From: Chloroflexota bacterium
Lineage (GTDB): Bacteria > Chloroflexota > UBA6077 > JACCZL01
Direction of reading: 5' to 3'
Assembly (NCBI GenBank): GCA_020850535.1
Contig: JADZEM010000023.1
Location: 26,522-90,521, forward strand
Length of the DNA: 64,000 nucleotides
This document shows positions 30,742-40,867 of this stretch, piece by piece. A program made the translations under genes and the position numbers. The number at the start of each line of letters is the position of its first letter. Position 1 is the first letter of the stretch. The notes beneath the pieces were generated by a model, which was given only the letters and a program-made list of their open reading frames with translations, did not search any database and had not been told where the DNA came from.

Positions 30742-31635
30742 ATGAAGGTCGGTGTCTGGATCCCGAGCGTCCGTCGCATGGCGAGCCGCGACACGATTCG
30801 CCAGAGCATCCTGCAGGCCGAGCGGCTCGGCTACGACTCGCTCTGGACCATCGATCATGTCATCTCGCCCGTCGCCAACGCGGCGCAGTTTGGATTGCTC
30901 TACGATCCACTGGTCGTGATGGGGTACGCCGCTGCCATCACGGAGCGCATCCAGATCGGCGTCAGCGTGCTGGTGCTGCCGTACCGCCACGGCGTCCTGA
31001 CCGCCAAGATGGTGGCCTCGCTGGACGACCTCAGCAACGGTCGGATCGTCCTGGGCGTCGGCGCAGGCTGGAACGCCGAGGAGTCGCGCATCCTGGGGCT
31101 GCCGTTCGACGAGCGCGGCCCGATGACCGACGAGTACATCGCGATCATGCGCGAGCTGTGGGCAAACCCGGCCGCGAAGTTTGACGGCCGCTACACCCGG
31201 TTTTCGGACGTGGAGTTCCGGCCGAGGCCGGCCCAGGCCGGCGGCCCGCCGATCTGGGTCGGGGGGAGCAGCCGGGCGGCGCTCAGGCGAACGGTCGAGC
31301 ACGGCGACGCCTGGCACCCGATCAACCGTACCCCGGCGCAGCTCCGCGAGGGCAAGGCCGACATCCTGAAGCTGTGCGAGCGCTTCGGGCGGGCCACGCC
31401 GCCAACGCTGACCCTCCGCATCGACGCGCGCGTGGTGCTGGACGACCAGCCGTATCCGAAGCCGGCCCATGCTGGACACGTGCTGGCCGGGACGCCGTCC
31501 GAGCTGGTCGATCAGATCGCCGAGCTGCGCGAGATCGGTATCGAGCACCTGTCGCTGGAGTTCGTCGGGCGCGACTTCGCGGACTTCACGGCCCAGGTGG
31601 ACGCGTTCGCGGAGAAGGTCCGCCCGCACCTGTAG
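30742..31635 (+). CDS. LLM-class (luciferase-like) F420/flavin-dependent oxidoreductase
   Basis: TIM-barrel LLM features (GYDSLWTIDH, GRIVLGVGAGW, PPIWVGG). Confidence 0.75.
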   Translation: MKVGVWIPSVRRMASRDTIRQSILQAERLGYDSLWTIDHVISPVANAAQFGLLYDPLVVMGYAAAITERIQIGVSVLVLPYRHGVLTAKMVASLDDLSNGRIVLGVGAGWNAEESRILGLPFDERGPMTDEYIAIMRELWANPAAKFDGRYTRFSDVEFRPRPAQAGGPPIWVGGSSRAALRRTVEHGDAWHPINRTPAQLREGKADILKLCERFGRATPPTLTLRIDARVVLDDQPYPKPAHAGHVLAGTPSELVDQIAELREIGIEHLSLEFVGRDFADFTAQVDAFAEKVRPHL

Positions 31636-31662
31636 ACGGGGAGCGGCCTGCCGCCGCCTGCG

Positions 31663-32451
31663 CTACGCCAGCAGCGGCAGCACCGCCAGCAGCCCGGCGA
31701 GGTTCCGGTCGAACTCGATGGCCGTCGGCGTCGCCAGCTCGATGAACAGCGTGCTCAAGCCCACCGTGCGCGCCCAGACGTTCAGGCTGCCGGTCGCACG
31801 GTAGGGGAGCGGGCTGCTCCCGCTGCCGGGCGTCGGCGAGTAGTAGCCGCTGGCCGCCACGTACGCCTCGGTGATCGGCGCGTTCGGGCCGTCCCGCGAG
31901 CCGAACATGAAACCGCCGGCGCTGTGGTAGTTCACGGTCAGCACCGGCCGCTTCGCCAACATGAAATCGCCGAGGGCGCGGGTCTCCTGCTCGGAGAACG
32001 GCTCCGACCCGCCAAGACCGCGCTTGAACGCGCCGTTCGAGTCATAGGCGTCGCTGGCCCAGTCCCCGCCGCCCCAGTTCCGGTTCGGATCGACGCCGCT
32101 CAAGTACTGGCGCATGCCGGCCGTCGCGCCATCCGGGTTGGTGACGGCCAGGATGTCGAGCCCGATGGTCTTCGGCACGGCCTCAGGATGGGCGATGAAG
32201 TGGGCCGTCAACCGGTTGACCAGCTCGATGGTGTTCGCCTCGGGGGCGCCGTGCTGGCCCCCGAGGATCAGCACGCGCTTCTGCGCGTCGCCGTAGTGCC
32301 GCATCACCAGCGGCTGCCCACCCTGCGAGAAGCCAATGGGCGTCCAGGGCAGCTCGTCGGCTGCGCTGGCCGGGACGGCGATCCCACCCAGCGTGAGCGC
32401 CCCCGCCGCCACGCCAACTGCCCGAAGTGCTGTCCGCCGACTCACCCGCAC
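31663..32451 (-). CDS. Secreted M14-family zinc carboxypeptidase (gamma-D-glutamyl-meso-DAP peptidase-like)
   Basis: Tat-like signal (SRRTALRAVGVAAGALTLGG) then M14 motifs (HGAPEANT, NPDG, NRNW...). Start taken at an internal GTG. Confidence 0.65.
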   Translation of the reverse strand: MRVSRRTALRAVGVAAGALTLGGIAVPASAADELPWTPIGFSQGGQPLVMRHYGDAQKRVLILGGQHGAPEANTIELVNRLTAHFIAHPEAVPKTIGLDILAVTNPDGATAGMRQYLSGVDPNRNWGGGDWASDAYDSNGAFKRGLGGSEPFSEQETRALGDFMLAKRPVLTVNYHSAGGFMFGSRDGPNAPITEAYVAASGYYSPTPGSGSSPLPYRATGSLNVWARTVGLSTLFIELATPTAIEFDRNLAGLLAVLPLLA

Positions 32452-32629
32452 GTTCCTGCTCCCGCTACACTGACGATGCGCTTCTCTCGGCCACTGCGTA
32501 CTATCGTATCGTTGCCGCACGCACACTGCATACCCTTTGTGTCGGGTGCTGTGCGAACGAATCCCCTTCCCCCTCATTTCTTGCGCGCGCATGCTGGCCG
32601 GGCGTCCGATCGGTTGGAGGCCTTCTGAT

Positions 32630-33490
32630 ATGGTGGCGAGCCTTCTCGCCCTCGTTCTTGCAATCTCGATACTGCTGCCGCTTCCGCTTCAGACTCATCG
32701 CAACGATCTGGTGGCCGCGCCACTCGCGCCGAATCCGGGCGCGGGGAGCGTCCCACCGTTGTCCCAGCTTGCCCTCAGATTGCAGGTCGAGCGGAACGCC
32801 GTCATCCGCGACGCGTCCGGGCAGGTCACCAGCGTGTTCGGGCTGCCGGCGAACGAGGCGCGGCTGCTCCTCCTGCCAGTCACCCGGCAGCGCGGCCTGC
32901 CGGACGGCTACGAGCCGCCGGACCTGACGTACTACGGCGGGCGACTGGTTCGCGCGCTGATCAAACCCGACCTGGTCGCGATGGTCGAGGCGGCCGGCCG
33001 CGACAACGTCGAGCTGGCGGCGATCTCCGCCTACCGCTCGCCCGACGAGCAGGCCCTGGCGTTTGAGTCGGCGGTCTGGCGGGCGGTCGCCCGCGAGCGG
33101 ACCCCGGAGGGTACACCCATCGACCGCGCCGAGGCCGAGAGCCGTTCTGCGCGCTTCGTTGCGCCGCCCGGCCACTCGCAGCACCAGCTTGGAACGGCGG
33201 TCGACTTCTCAAGCTGGGAGAACAACTACGCGCTCAACCCGCGCTTTGCCGAGACGCAGGCCGGCCTGTGGCTCGAACAGCACGCCTGGGAGTACGGGTT
33301 CGTGCTGCCCTACCCGCGCGACGGCGAGGCACGTTCAGGCTACGCCTACGAAGCGTGGCACTATCGGTGGATCGGGCGCGACCTCGCAGCTGTTCTCCAA
33401 CGGGACGGGTACCTCGGGTCGTCAAGCGCGATCGTCGACGACTACCTTCGGGCCGTCGAGGAGCTGCTGGCGTTCGAGGCCGTGCCCTGA
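32630..33490 (+). CDS. D-alanyl-D-alanine carboxypeptidase, VanY/peptidase M15B family
   Basis: TM anchor then M15 motifs (SAYRSPDEQ, PPGHSQHQLGTAVDF, EAWHYRW). Confidence 0.75.
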   Translation: MVASLLALVLAISILLPLPLQTHRNDLVAAPLAPNPGAGSVPPLSQLALRLQVERNAVIRDASGQVTSVFGLPANEARLLLLPVTRQRGLPDGYEPPDLTYYGGRLVRALIKPDLVAMVEAAGRDNVELAAISAYRSPDEQALAFESAVWRAVARERTPEGTPIDRAEAESRSARFVAPPGHSQHQLGTAVDFSSWENNYALNPRFAETQAGLWLEQHAWEYGFVLPYPRDGEARSGYAYEAWHYRWIGRDLAAVLQRDGYLGSSSAIVDDYLRAVEELLAFEAVP

Positions 33491-33515
33491 CCGAGAATCC
33501 TCCTGGAGCAGTGAC

Positions 33516-34883
33516 ATGCAGCAGGCCCGGAGCAGCACTGCTCCACCGCCGATGACGGCCACGGGAACCGGCCGCATCGCCGACAGCACGACCTTTCGGC
33601 CGTTTCACGCCTGGATCACCCTGCTGGCGGGGCTGGCGTTCATGGGGAACGGCCTCGATCTGAGCGTGGTGAGCTTCGCGCTGCCCGGCATGCGCGCCGA
33701 GCTTGGCCTGTCGCCAGCCGACGTGGGCTTCGTGCTGCCGATGGCAGGCATCGGCCAGTTGATCGGCTCGATCACGATGGGATCGCTGGCGGACCGCATC
33801 GGGCGTCGCCTCACCTTCGTGCTGACCGGCTGTCTGGCGGGCCTGGGCGTCGGGCTGGCGTCACTCGCGCCGAGCGCGCTGGCGTTCGGCTGTCTGCTGC
33901 TGGTCGCTGGCGTGGGCGTGGGCGGCGTGGCGCCCGCCGCCAGCGCGCTCCTGAGCGAGCTGGCGCCGCCGGCCTATCGTGGCCGCATGATGGCCTGGAC
34001 GCAGGTCTTCTGGGTGGCCGGCTGGTCGATTGCCGCCACGCTCGGCGGCTGGTTCGAGGCGTCGCTCGGCTGGCGCGGCATCCTGGCCGTCGGCGGCCTG
34101 CCGATCATCCTGGCCCTGATCTGCTGGTTCGTCGTGCCGGAGTCGCCGCGCTTCCTGATGGCCAGCGGTCATCCTGAGAAGGCGCACGCGCTGGCGAAGC
34201 GGCTGGCGGAGCGTCACGGCATCCTGGTGCCGGTCGTCGCGCCGCACGCCTCGGCGACCCGTCTCTCGGTGATCGGCCAGCTTGCCATCATCTGGGGGCC
34301 GCGGTTCCGGCGGCGGACGTTCGCCCTGTGGACGACCTGGATGGCGATGAACGCCGTCTTCTCCGGGCCGGTCTACATGCTGCCGGTCGTGCTCGAAGGG
34401 ATGGGCGCACCGAACCCGCTGCAACTGAGCGCCTACGTCGGCTACGCGATGATCCCGGCCGGCTTCGTGTCGGTCTGGGCGATCGACCGCTCCGGACGCC
34501 GCCCGCTGATGATCGTCTCGCTGGCGCTGGCCGCGTTCGGTGCGCTGGGCGTCGCGCTCGGGATGACGCCGCTGGTGGTTGTGCTCGGCGGGGCCGCCCT
34601 CTCCGCGGGCGCGCTGGCGGCGTGGCCCGTGGCGCTGGCGTGGGCCTCGGAGCAGTACCCGACGCAGCTACGGGGCGCGGCAGCCGGCTGGGCGGCCGGG
34701 GTCTCGCGCATCGGCTCGACGTCCGCGCCGCTGATCATCGGGCAGCTGCTGACACTGACGGGCGGCCACACCTGGGCCATCCTGCCGTTCTCGGTGGCGC
34801 TGTTCCTGGCGGTCTTGAGCGTCAGCATCTTCGCCGGGGAGACGGCGAACCGCACGCTGGAAGAGCTGACGCGGGAGAAGTGA
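33516..34883 (+). CDS. MFS transporter
   Basis: 12 TM helices and MFS signature (GSLADRIGRR). ATG at 33516 is in frame within the longer track ORF. Confidence 0.8.
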   Translation: MQQARSSTAPPPMTATGTGRIADSTTFRPFHAWITLLAGLAFMGNGLDLSVVSFALPGMRAELGLSPADVGFVLPMAGIGQLIGSITMGSLADRIGRRLTFVLTGCLAGLGVGLASLAPSALAFGCLLLVAGVGVGGVAPAASALLSELAPPAYRGRMMAWTQVFWVAGWSIAATLGGWFEASLGWRGILAVGGLPIILALICWFVVPESPRFLMASGHPEKAHALAKRLAERHGILVPVVAPHASATRLSVIGQLAIIWGPRFRRRTFALWTTWMAMNAVFSGPVYMLPVVLEGMGAPNPLQLSAYVGYAMIPAGFVSVWAIDRSGRRPLMIVSLALAAFGALGVALGMTPLVVVLGGAALSAGALAAWPVALAWASEQYPTQLRGAAAGWAAGVSRIGSTSAPLIIGQLLTLTGGHTWAILPFSVALFLAVLSVSIFAGETANRTLEELTREK

Positions 34884-34923
34884 GGGCGGTCGGGGTTTGA
34901 AAGCCCCGACGAAGCCCGCTCGT

Positions 34924-36303
34924 TCAGCCCTTGATCTGGCCCAGCTCAGCCGATGGGTAATAGTGGCCCAGGATGCCGTCGAATGGCACGCCGCGCGCCG
35001 CCAGCCCCTTGGTGCCCCACTGGCACATGCCGGCCCCGTGGCCCCAGCCCGCGCCGAACGCTGTGAGCTTCGTCAGCTTCTTGTCGGGGCCGCGTTCGAT
35101 CTCGAAGCCGACCGCCGAGCTGGGCAGCAGATCGCCCTCTGGCGTCCGCAGGAAGTTGCGGATGCCCCAATCCCGCTTGACGGTCCAGCTGACGCCGGGT
35201 GCTTCGAATCGGACGCTCAGGGCGCGGCCCGAAGCGCCGCGCTCCGGCACGCTGACGTTCTCCAACTGCTCGACCCGGGCATCGCCCTCGCCGGCCACGG
35301 TGGCCGTGCCCTGGAAGCGTGCGATCCCGCCGTTAACGATTGACTTCAACTGGTCGGCGTCCCAGGTGTACGACCAGCGGTACCGGTTGGAGCCGGAACA
35401 GTTGCTGTCCCAGCCGTTCTTGAAGAACTTGAGCGCACCGTCGTCCGAGGCCAGCTTGACGCCGGCCGGCAGTTCGCCGTCTTCTACCGCGTCAGCATCC
35501 TGCGGGCCGCCCCCGCCGAAGATCGACGCCGCGGCCTCGGTGTGGCCGCCGCAGGCCGACGAGTAGAACGGCTGGAAGTACGCGCCGCCGACGTACATCA
35601 CGACGCCGCGCGTAGCGTCCACTGCCTGGCGCCCGAGCGGATGCTCGCCCTGGAGCGCGCCGAACGCCTGGCAGTGCTGGGTGTCGCAGATGTCGGCGTT
35701 CTGGGCCTTGTGCGCGCCGGTCAGCCGGCGGGCCAGGGTGTAGGTCCGGGCGGCGACCGCCTGGGCCTTGAGCGGCTCCTGCCCGAAGAAGGCTGGCAGC
35801 TCCTTGGTGACCACGCCGTACAGGTACTCTTCGATGCCGAGCACGTTCAGCAGGGCCACGCCGCCCGGGGACGCCGTCACTTCGAGCGTCCCACGGAAGG
35901 CAGTCGGCTCGGGACCGCTGGTCGCCTGATTGCGAAGCGGTGCGCCGTCGCCGGTGCCGTTGAACTTGAGCGGCCCGGTCAGATTGGCGATCTTGTTCTC
36001 GCCCTCCTGCACCCAGAAGGCGTCGCCCTCGCGCCCGACCGTCACCTGCTTGCGGGCCGACCACCTGGCGACCCGCTCACCCTTGCCATCGGTGGCGGCG
36101 AACTCGCCGTCGCCCGTGATGACGAGCGTCGCGGCGTCCACGCTGCTGTCGGCCCGTCGGATCAGGACGCGGGCAAGGATCGACTTCTCGGTGGTTTGGG
36201 CGTGCGCCGACCGAGCCGAATCGAGCCAGGACGGCAGCAGCAGGGCGGCCGCGCCGCCCGAGCTGGCGAGCAGAAACGAGCGCCGTCCAAGGCGCGCCGA
36301 CAT
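34924..36303 (-). CDS. SpoIID/LytB-domain protein (peptidoglycan amidase enhancer) with Tat signal
   Basis: Tat motif GRRSFLLASSG then SpoIID-like motifs (GVVTKELPAFF, EALKAQAVAARTY, CDTQHCQAF, YSSACGGHTE). Confidence 0.75.
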   Translation of the reverse strand: MSARLGRRSFLLASSGGAAALLLPSWLDSARSAHAQTTEKSILARVLIRRADSSVDAATLVITGDGEFAATDGKGERVARWSARKQVTVGREGDAFWVQEGENKIANLTGPLKFNGTGDGAPLRNQATSGPEPTAFRGTLEVTASPGGVALLNVLGIEEYLYGVVTKELPAFFGQEPLKAQAVAARTYTLARRLTGAHKAQNADICDTQHCQAFGALQGEHPLGRQAVDATRGVVMYVGGAYFQPFYSSACGGHTEAAASIFGGGGPQDADAVEDGELPAGVKLASDDGALKFFKNGWDSNCSGSNRYRWSYTWDADQLKSIVNGGIARFQGTATVAGEGDARVEQLENVSVPERGASGRALSVRFEAPGVSWTVKRDWGIRNFLRTPEGDLLPSSAVGFEIERGPDKKLTKLTAFGAGWGHGAGMCQWGTKGLAARGVPFDGILGHYYPSAELGQIKG

Positions 36304-36445
36304 GACCACGGTCCTCAGCACCTCCGCGCGGGGTTGACCGTTGACGACGGTTGGCACCGCGACATGATAGTGGAGAACGAGTCACGCCGCCGAAGACGTG
36401 ACGCCGCCGGTGCCAGAGTGTGCGCAATCTGTGCCCAATTGGTGC

Positions 36446-37123
36446 TCAACCAGTCGACGGAATCTCCGCGAGCACCTTCGTTCCCAGGAACGTCTCAACC
36501 TGACGTCGGTCGCGCAGGCGGTCGTCGACGTACTCGAGCAGGAACGCGAGGCCGACCGCACCGACCAGCCCGGCCATCGTTCGCAGCCCGATCTCGGCGG
36601 CCGTCAGCGGCAGCGAGTTCGTCCTGGCCACCTTCGGACGGTTGATGATGCGGACATAGCCGTTGTTCGCCTGCATGAACGCCAGGTAGTTGACGAGCTT
36701 GGTGTCGACCACCTTCTCGAACGCCTGCGCGATCTCCAGCGCCATCTGCGGGTCGTTGGCTGCAAGCTGGATGTCCAGCAGGCGGTGCGTCTTCTTGGTC
36801 CGGGTCAGGTTGACGATGGCGTCAGGCTCGATCTTCTGACCCATCTCGGCGCTCACGTCGGCCGCGAACGCCTCGCTTCGCAGCAGCTCGCTGAGGTCGT
36901 CGGCCAGGTACTCGGATGTCAGCACCGAGTAGTACGAGTCGAACTTGAAGAAGTCGCCGACGCGTGGGTCAGGCACGACGCTCACGGCCAGCCGCATCGT
37001 GGCGGTGTACGCGGTTGGCCCGCGAAAGGCCAGCACAATCGACACCAGCAGCGTGGCGAGCGTGATCAGGCCGATCAGGCGCGCATGCCGCTTGAGGACC
37101 GCGCCGTACGCCCGTAGCTCCAT
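36446..37123 (-). CDS. Wzz/chain-length-determinant-like polysaccharide co-polymerase protein
   Basis: N-terminal TM, periplasmic helical region, and C-terminal TM (AGLVGAVGLAFLLEY). Resembles the YveK/CapA/Wzz N-terminal module. Confidence 0.55.
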   Translation of the reverse strand: MELRAYGAVLKRHARLIGLITLATLLVSIVLAFRGPTAYTATMRLAVSVVPDPRVGDFFKFDSYYSVLTSEYLADDLSELLRSEAFAADVSAEMGQKIEPDAIVNLTRTKKTHRLLDIQLAANDPQMALEIAQAFEKVVDTKLVNYLAFMQANNGYVRIINRPKVARTNSLPLTAAEIGLRTMAGLVGAVGLAFLLEYVDDRLRDRRQVETFLGTKVLAEIPSTG

Positions 37124-37340
37124 GAGTACTCCCGGGGAATCTGAGCGGCCCGGACTGGCTGGCCGGGCAGTGCCGAACTCTACGGGAACATCGGCGCGCG
37201 GCACAAGCGGCGCGGCGGAAGATTTGTCGAGCCGCCAGGACCCCAGGAGTTGAAGTGCGAGAGGAGCGCTCGTATACTGCCGGCACGCCCGAGGCCGCCA
37301 CTCTGCCGGCGGCAGCGGACCCCCTTCGGAGGAGGTCGGA

Positions 37341-38978
37341 ATGGGTACTCAGCAGTCGTCGCGGCGCGGGGCCGTGACTCGCCGAGGTTTCCTGGGACGT
37401 GCAGCGCTCGCGCTCGCTGGTGCGGTCGCATTGCCTGCCGTGGTCGGGGAGCATGCCGCGCACGCGAGCGCGCTGACCGGGCAGCAGGCGCCAGCGTTGC
37501 GGGCGGCCCAGGCCGCCAACGTCCTCCAGGTGAGCCAGTCGGTCGATCTGAACACGCTCCACCCGTGGCTCGGCACCCTGAACGTCTGGAAGGTGATCAA
37601 AGAGAACATCTACGACCAGCTGGTCTACCAGGATCCGCAGACGTACGAGTTCAAGGCCAAACTCGGTCGCACCTTCGAGTGGGTAGACGGCAACACGGCG
37701 CTCCAGATCACGCTGCCGCCCGGCGTCACGTTCCATAGCGGCGATCCGCTCACTGCCGACGACGTCAAGTTCACGATCGAGAGCATCATCGACCCAACGC
37801 TCGGGTCGTGGCTGCGCGGCAACCTTGTCCAGGCCGGTGTCACGGGTGTCACCGTCGTGGACGCGACCACGCTGAAGATCAACACCGGCGGGTTCCACAA
37901 CTTGCTGATCCCGGCGCTGACCTACGTGGACATCGCGCCGCGCAGCATGGGCACCGACCTTGCGAAGACGAACCCGGTCGGCTCGGGACCGTTCAAGTTC
38001 GTAGACTGGGTGCCGAACGACCGCATCACGCTGGCCCGCAACGACAGCTACTGGGACCAGTCGCGGTTCCCGACGCTGGATGGCATCGTCTTCAAGCCGG
38101 TGACCGAGCTTCAGACACGCCTTTCGCAGCTGCTGGCCGGCAACGTAGACCTGGTCTACGACTTCAGTCTGCAGGAAGCGCCGCGCATGCAGGCCGACAG
38201 TCGGGTAGTCGTCACCGTCGTCCCGCCGGCCGACCAGATGTTCGTGGCGTATCTGAACATGCGGAAGCCGCCATTCGACAACGTTTACGCACGGCAGGCC
38301 ATTGGCTGGGCGCTCGACCGGCAGGGTTTCATCGACGGGTTCCTGTCTGGCCTGGGCCGAGTCAGCATGAGCCCGTTCACGCCGGCGCACTGGGCCTACG
38401 ATCCGGCCATCGAGGGCACCTACGGCTACAACCCCGACACCGTGGCGCAGTTGCTGGAGAAGGCGGGCTACGCTGGCGGCAAGGGCTTCGACTTCACCAT
38501 GCTGGTGCCGAATGGGTATCCGGAGTTCAAGCAGATCTCGACGCTGATCCAGGCGACCTTCGCCTCGCTCGGGACGCAGCCGCGCATCGAAGAGGTCGAG
38601 ATCGCGCAGTGGGCCTCGCGGATCAACCAGAGCCGCGAGTTCGACATGGCGGTGGACTACCCGCCGCGTGGCACTGCCGATCCGTCGCTGACCTACGGCG
38701 CTGGCAACCTGTTCCCGCCGACTGCATTCAACGCCACCGGCCTCACCGACCAGACGATCCCGGGCTACGTCGATAACCTGCGGGCCGGGGCCACCTCGAA
38801 CGACCTCAACACCCGCAAGGGCATCTACAGCCAGGTCCAGCAGCTTTGGAACCAGTACCTGCCCGGGCCAGTCTTCGCCCATCGCGCGACGGTTCACGCT
38901 TCCACACCGGGAGTCGGCGGCTTCATTCCGCACCCGGCGTTCCAGCAGGATTTCGCCGGAGTGACGCTGAAGCGGTGA
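37341..38978 (+). CDS. ABC transporter substrate-binding protein, family 5 (peptide/nickel/oligosaccharide type)
   Basis: Tat signal (RRGFLGRAALALAGA) and SBP_bac_5 architecture of about 545 aa. Strong RBS GGAGGAGG upstream. Confidence 0.85.
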   Translation: MGTQQSSRRGAVTRRGFLGRAALALAGAVALPAVVGEHAAHASALTGQQAPALRAAQAANVLQVSQSVDLNTLHPWLGTLNVWKVIKENIYDQLVYQDPQTYEFKAKLGRTFEWVDGNTALQITLPPGVTFHSGDPLTADDVKFTIESIIDPTLGSWLRGNLVQAGVTGVTVVDATTLKINTGGFHNLLIPALTYVDIAPRSMGTDLAKTNPVGSGPFKFVDWVPNDRITLARNDSYWDQSRFPTLDGIVFKPVTELQTRLSQLLAGNVDLVYDFSLQEAPRMQADSRVVVTVVPPADQMFVAYLNMRKPPFDNVYARQAIGWALDRQGFIDGFLSGLGRVSMSPFTPAHWAYDPAIEGTYGYNPDTVAQLLEKAGYAGGKGFDFTMLVPNGYPEFKQISTLIQATFASLGTQPRIEEVEIAQWASRINQSREFDMAVDYPPRGTADPSLTYGAGNLFPPTAFNATGLTDQTIPGYVDNLRAGATSNDLNTRKGIYSQVQQLWNQYLPGPVFAHRATVHASTPGVGGFIPHPAFQQDFAGVTLKR

Positions 38979-38985
38979 GCCGAGA

Positions 38986-39942
38986 GTGAGCCGATACCTG
39001 CTGCTTCGCATACTCAGCGCCGTGCCGACCCTGATCGGCGTGTCGCTGCTGGTCTTCGGGGTGACCTACCTGATCCCCGGCGATCCCGCGCAGATCATGG
39101 CCGGCAACGATGCATCCCCCGACGCGGTGGAGGCCCTCCGCCGCCGTTGGGGGCTGGATCAGCCGTTCATCGTCCGGTACGGGGTCTGGGCTGGCAACAT
39201 GGTCCAGGGCAACCTGGGCGACTCCTATTTCAGCAAGCAGACCGTCGCTCAGCTGGTGCTCGGGGCGCTCCCGGTCACGGCTGAGCTGGCGATTCTGGCG
39301 CTGCTGGTGGCGATCCTGATCTCGGTGCCGACGGCCATCCTCTCGGCGGTCAAGGCCGGCTCGTGGATCGACGTGAGTGCTGCCGCCGTCAGCTTCGTCG
39401 GGCTGGCGGTGCCGGGGTTCTGGCTCGGCATCATGCTGATCTACGTCTTCGCCGTGCAGCTCCAATGGTTGCCGGCCGGCGGGTTCAAGCCGCTCTCGGC
39501 GGGCCTCTGGCCGAACCTCCAGAGCATGATCCTGCCGGCCATCGCGCTGGGGACGTTCGCATCCACGCAGTTGATGCGCTACCTCCGCGCCAGCCTGCTC
39601 GACGTGCTCCATGCTGACTACGTCCGCACGGCGCGGGCGAAGGGCGTCAGCGAGCGGCTGGTGCTGATTCGACATGCTGTGCGGAACGCCCTGATCCCCT
39701 TCACGACGGTGCTCGGCGTGCAGATGGGCTACCTGCTCGGCGGCACCGTCATCACCGAGTCGGTCTTCGCGCTGCCGGGGATGGGCCAGCTGGTGCTGAA
39801 GGCCGTCTCGAACCGCGACTATCAGGTGGCGACGGGGATCATCTTCCTGATCGCCGCGACGTTCGTCCTGATCAACCTGCTGGTGGACCTGCTCTACCCG
39901 GTGCTGGACCCGCGCGTCCGATTGGGGCGGTCCGGTGGCTGA
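38986..39942 (+). CDS. ABC transporter permease (DppB/OppB-like)
   Basis: 6 TM with the EAA-like loop motif of BPD transporters. Confidence 0.85.
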   Translation: MSRYLLLRILSAVPTLIGVSLLVFGVTYLIPGDPAQIMAGNDASPDAVEALRRRWGLDQPFIVRYGVWAGNMVQGNLGDSYFSKQTVAQLVLGALPVTAELAILALLVAILISVPTAILSAVKAGSWIDVSAAAVSFVGLAVPGFWLGIMLIYVFAVQLQWLPAGGFKPLSAGLWPNLQSMILPAIALGTFASTQLMRYLRASLLDVLHADYVRTARAKGVSERLVLIRHAVRNALIPFTTVLGVQMGYLLGGTVITESVFALPGMGQLVLKAVSNRDYQVATGIIFLIAATFVLINLLVDLLYPVLDPRVRLGRSGG

Positions 39943-40843
39943 GACGACGACCACTCAGGCAACCGCCGCCCCACCGGCCGGCGTGCAGTTCGCGCAGCGC
40001 GCCCGGCCGAGGCGGAATCTCCTGCGCACGCTCCGCAAGCGCTGGCCGCTGACCATCGGCTGTGCCATCGTGCTGCTGCTCCTGCTCGCTGCTATCCTGG
40101 CGCCGCTGGTATCACCGGCGAATCCGGATCTCCAGAACCTGGCCCAGCGGCTCCGGCCGCCGTCGGGCGCGCACCCGTTCGGCACGGACGAGTTCGGGCG
40201 GGACATCCTGAGCCGCATCCTCTGGGGTGGGCGGGTCACGATGCTGGCCAGCACGATGGCGGTGGTGCTGGCCGCCGTGATCGGATGCGGGCTTGGCCTG
40301 ACGGCCGGCTACTTCGGCGGCCTGTACGATGCGCTGGTCGGGCGGCTGGTCGACATCCTGTTCGCCTTTCCGGTCATCCTGCTCGGCATCGCGATTGTGG
40401 CGATCATAGGGGCAGGCGTTCAGGCGGTGACTATCGCCATCGCCGTCGCGTCGCTCCCGAACTTCGCACGCGTGTCGCGGTCGGCCATCGTGCCGGAGAA
40501 GGAGCGCGAGTACGTGCTGGCGGCGCACGTCGTCGGAGCGTCCACGACGCACCTGATCCTCCGCACGCTGCTGCCGAACCTGATCGGGCCGCTGATGGTG
40601 CTCATCTCGCTCGGGTTCGCCTACGCCGTCCTCTACGAGGCGTCGCTCAGCTTCCTGGGCCTGGGAGCGCAGCCGCCGACGCCCGAGTGGGGCACGATGC
40701 TCTCGACGGCGCGGGACTTCCTCTTTCAAGCCCCGTGGTATGCGTTCTTTCCTGGCATGTCGATCGTGCTGATGGTGTTCTCGCTCAACCTCGTCGGCGA
40801 CGGCCTCCGAGACGCCATCGACCCGTATCGATCACGAAGATAA
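39935..40843 (+). CDS. ABC transporter permease (DppC/OppC-like)
   Basis: N-terminal OppC-type extension and permease TM bundle. 8-nt overlap with the upstream permease gene. Confidence 0.85.
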   Translation: MAETTTTQATAAPPAGVQFAQRARPRRNLLRTLRKRWPLTIGCAIVLLLLLAAILAPLVSPANPDLQNLAQRLRPPSGAHPFGTDEFGRDILSRILWGGRVTMLASTMAVVLAAVIGCGLGLTAGYFGGLYDALVGRLVDILFAFPVILLGIAIVAIIGAGVQAVTIAIAVASLPNFARVSRSAIVPEKEREYVLAAHVVGASTTHLILRTLLPNLIGPLMVLISLGFAYAVLYEASLSFLGLGAQPPTPEWGTMLSTARDFLFQAPWYAFFPGMSIVLMVFSLNLVGDGLRDAIDPYRSRR

Positions 40844-40867
40844 GGTCGGAGATCGGGGACGCCACGC

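Noticed and set aside
36969-39011. 680-aa minus ORF opposite the ABC substrate-binding protein gene
   Set aside because: Antisense to a gene with a Tat signal and SBP_bac_5 architecture. No motifs in the antisense translation.
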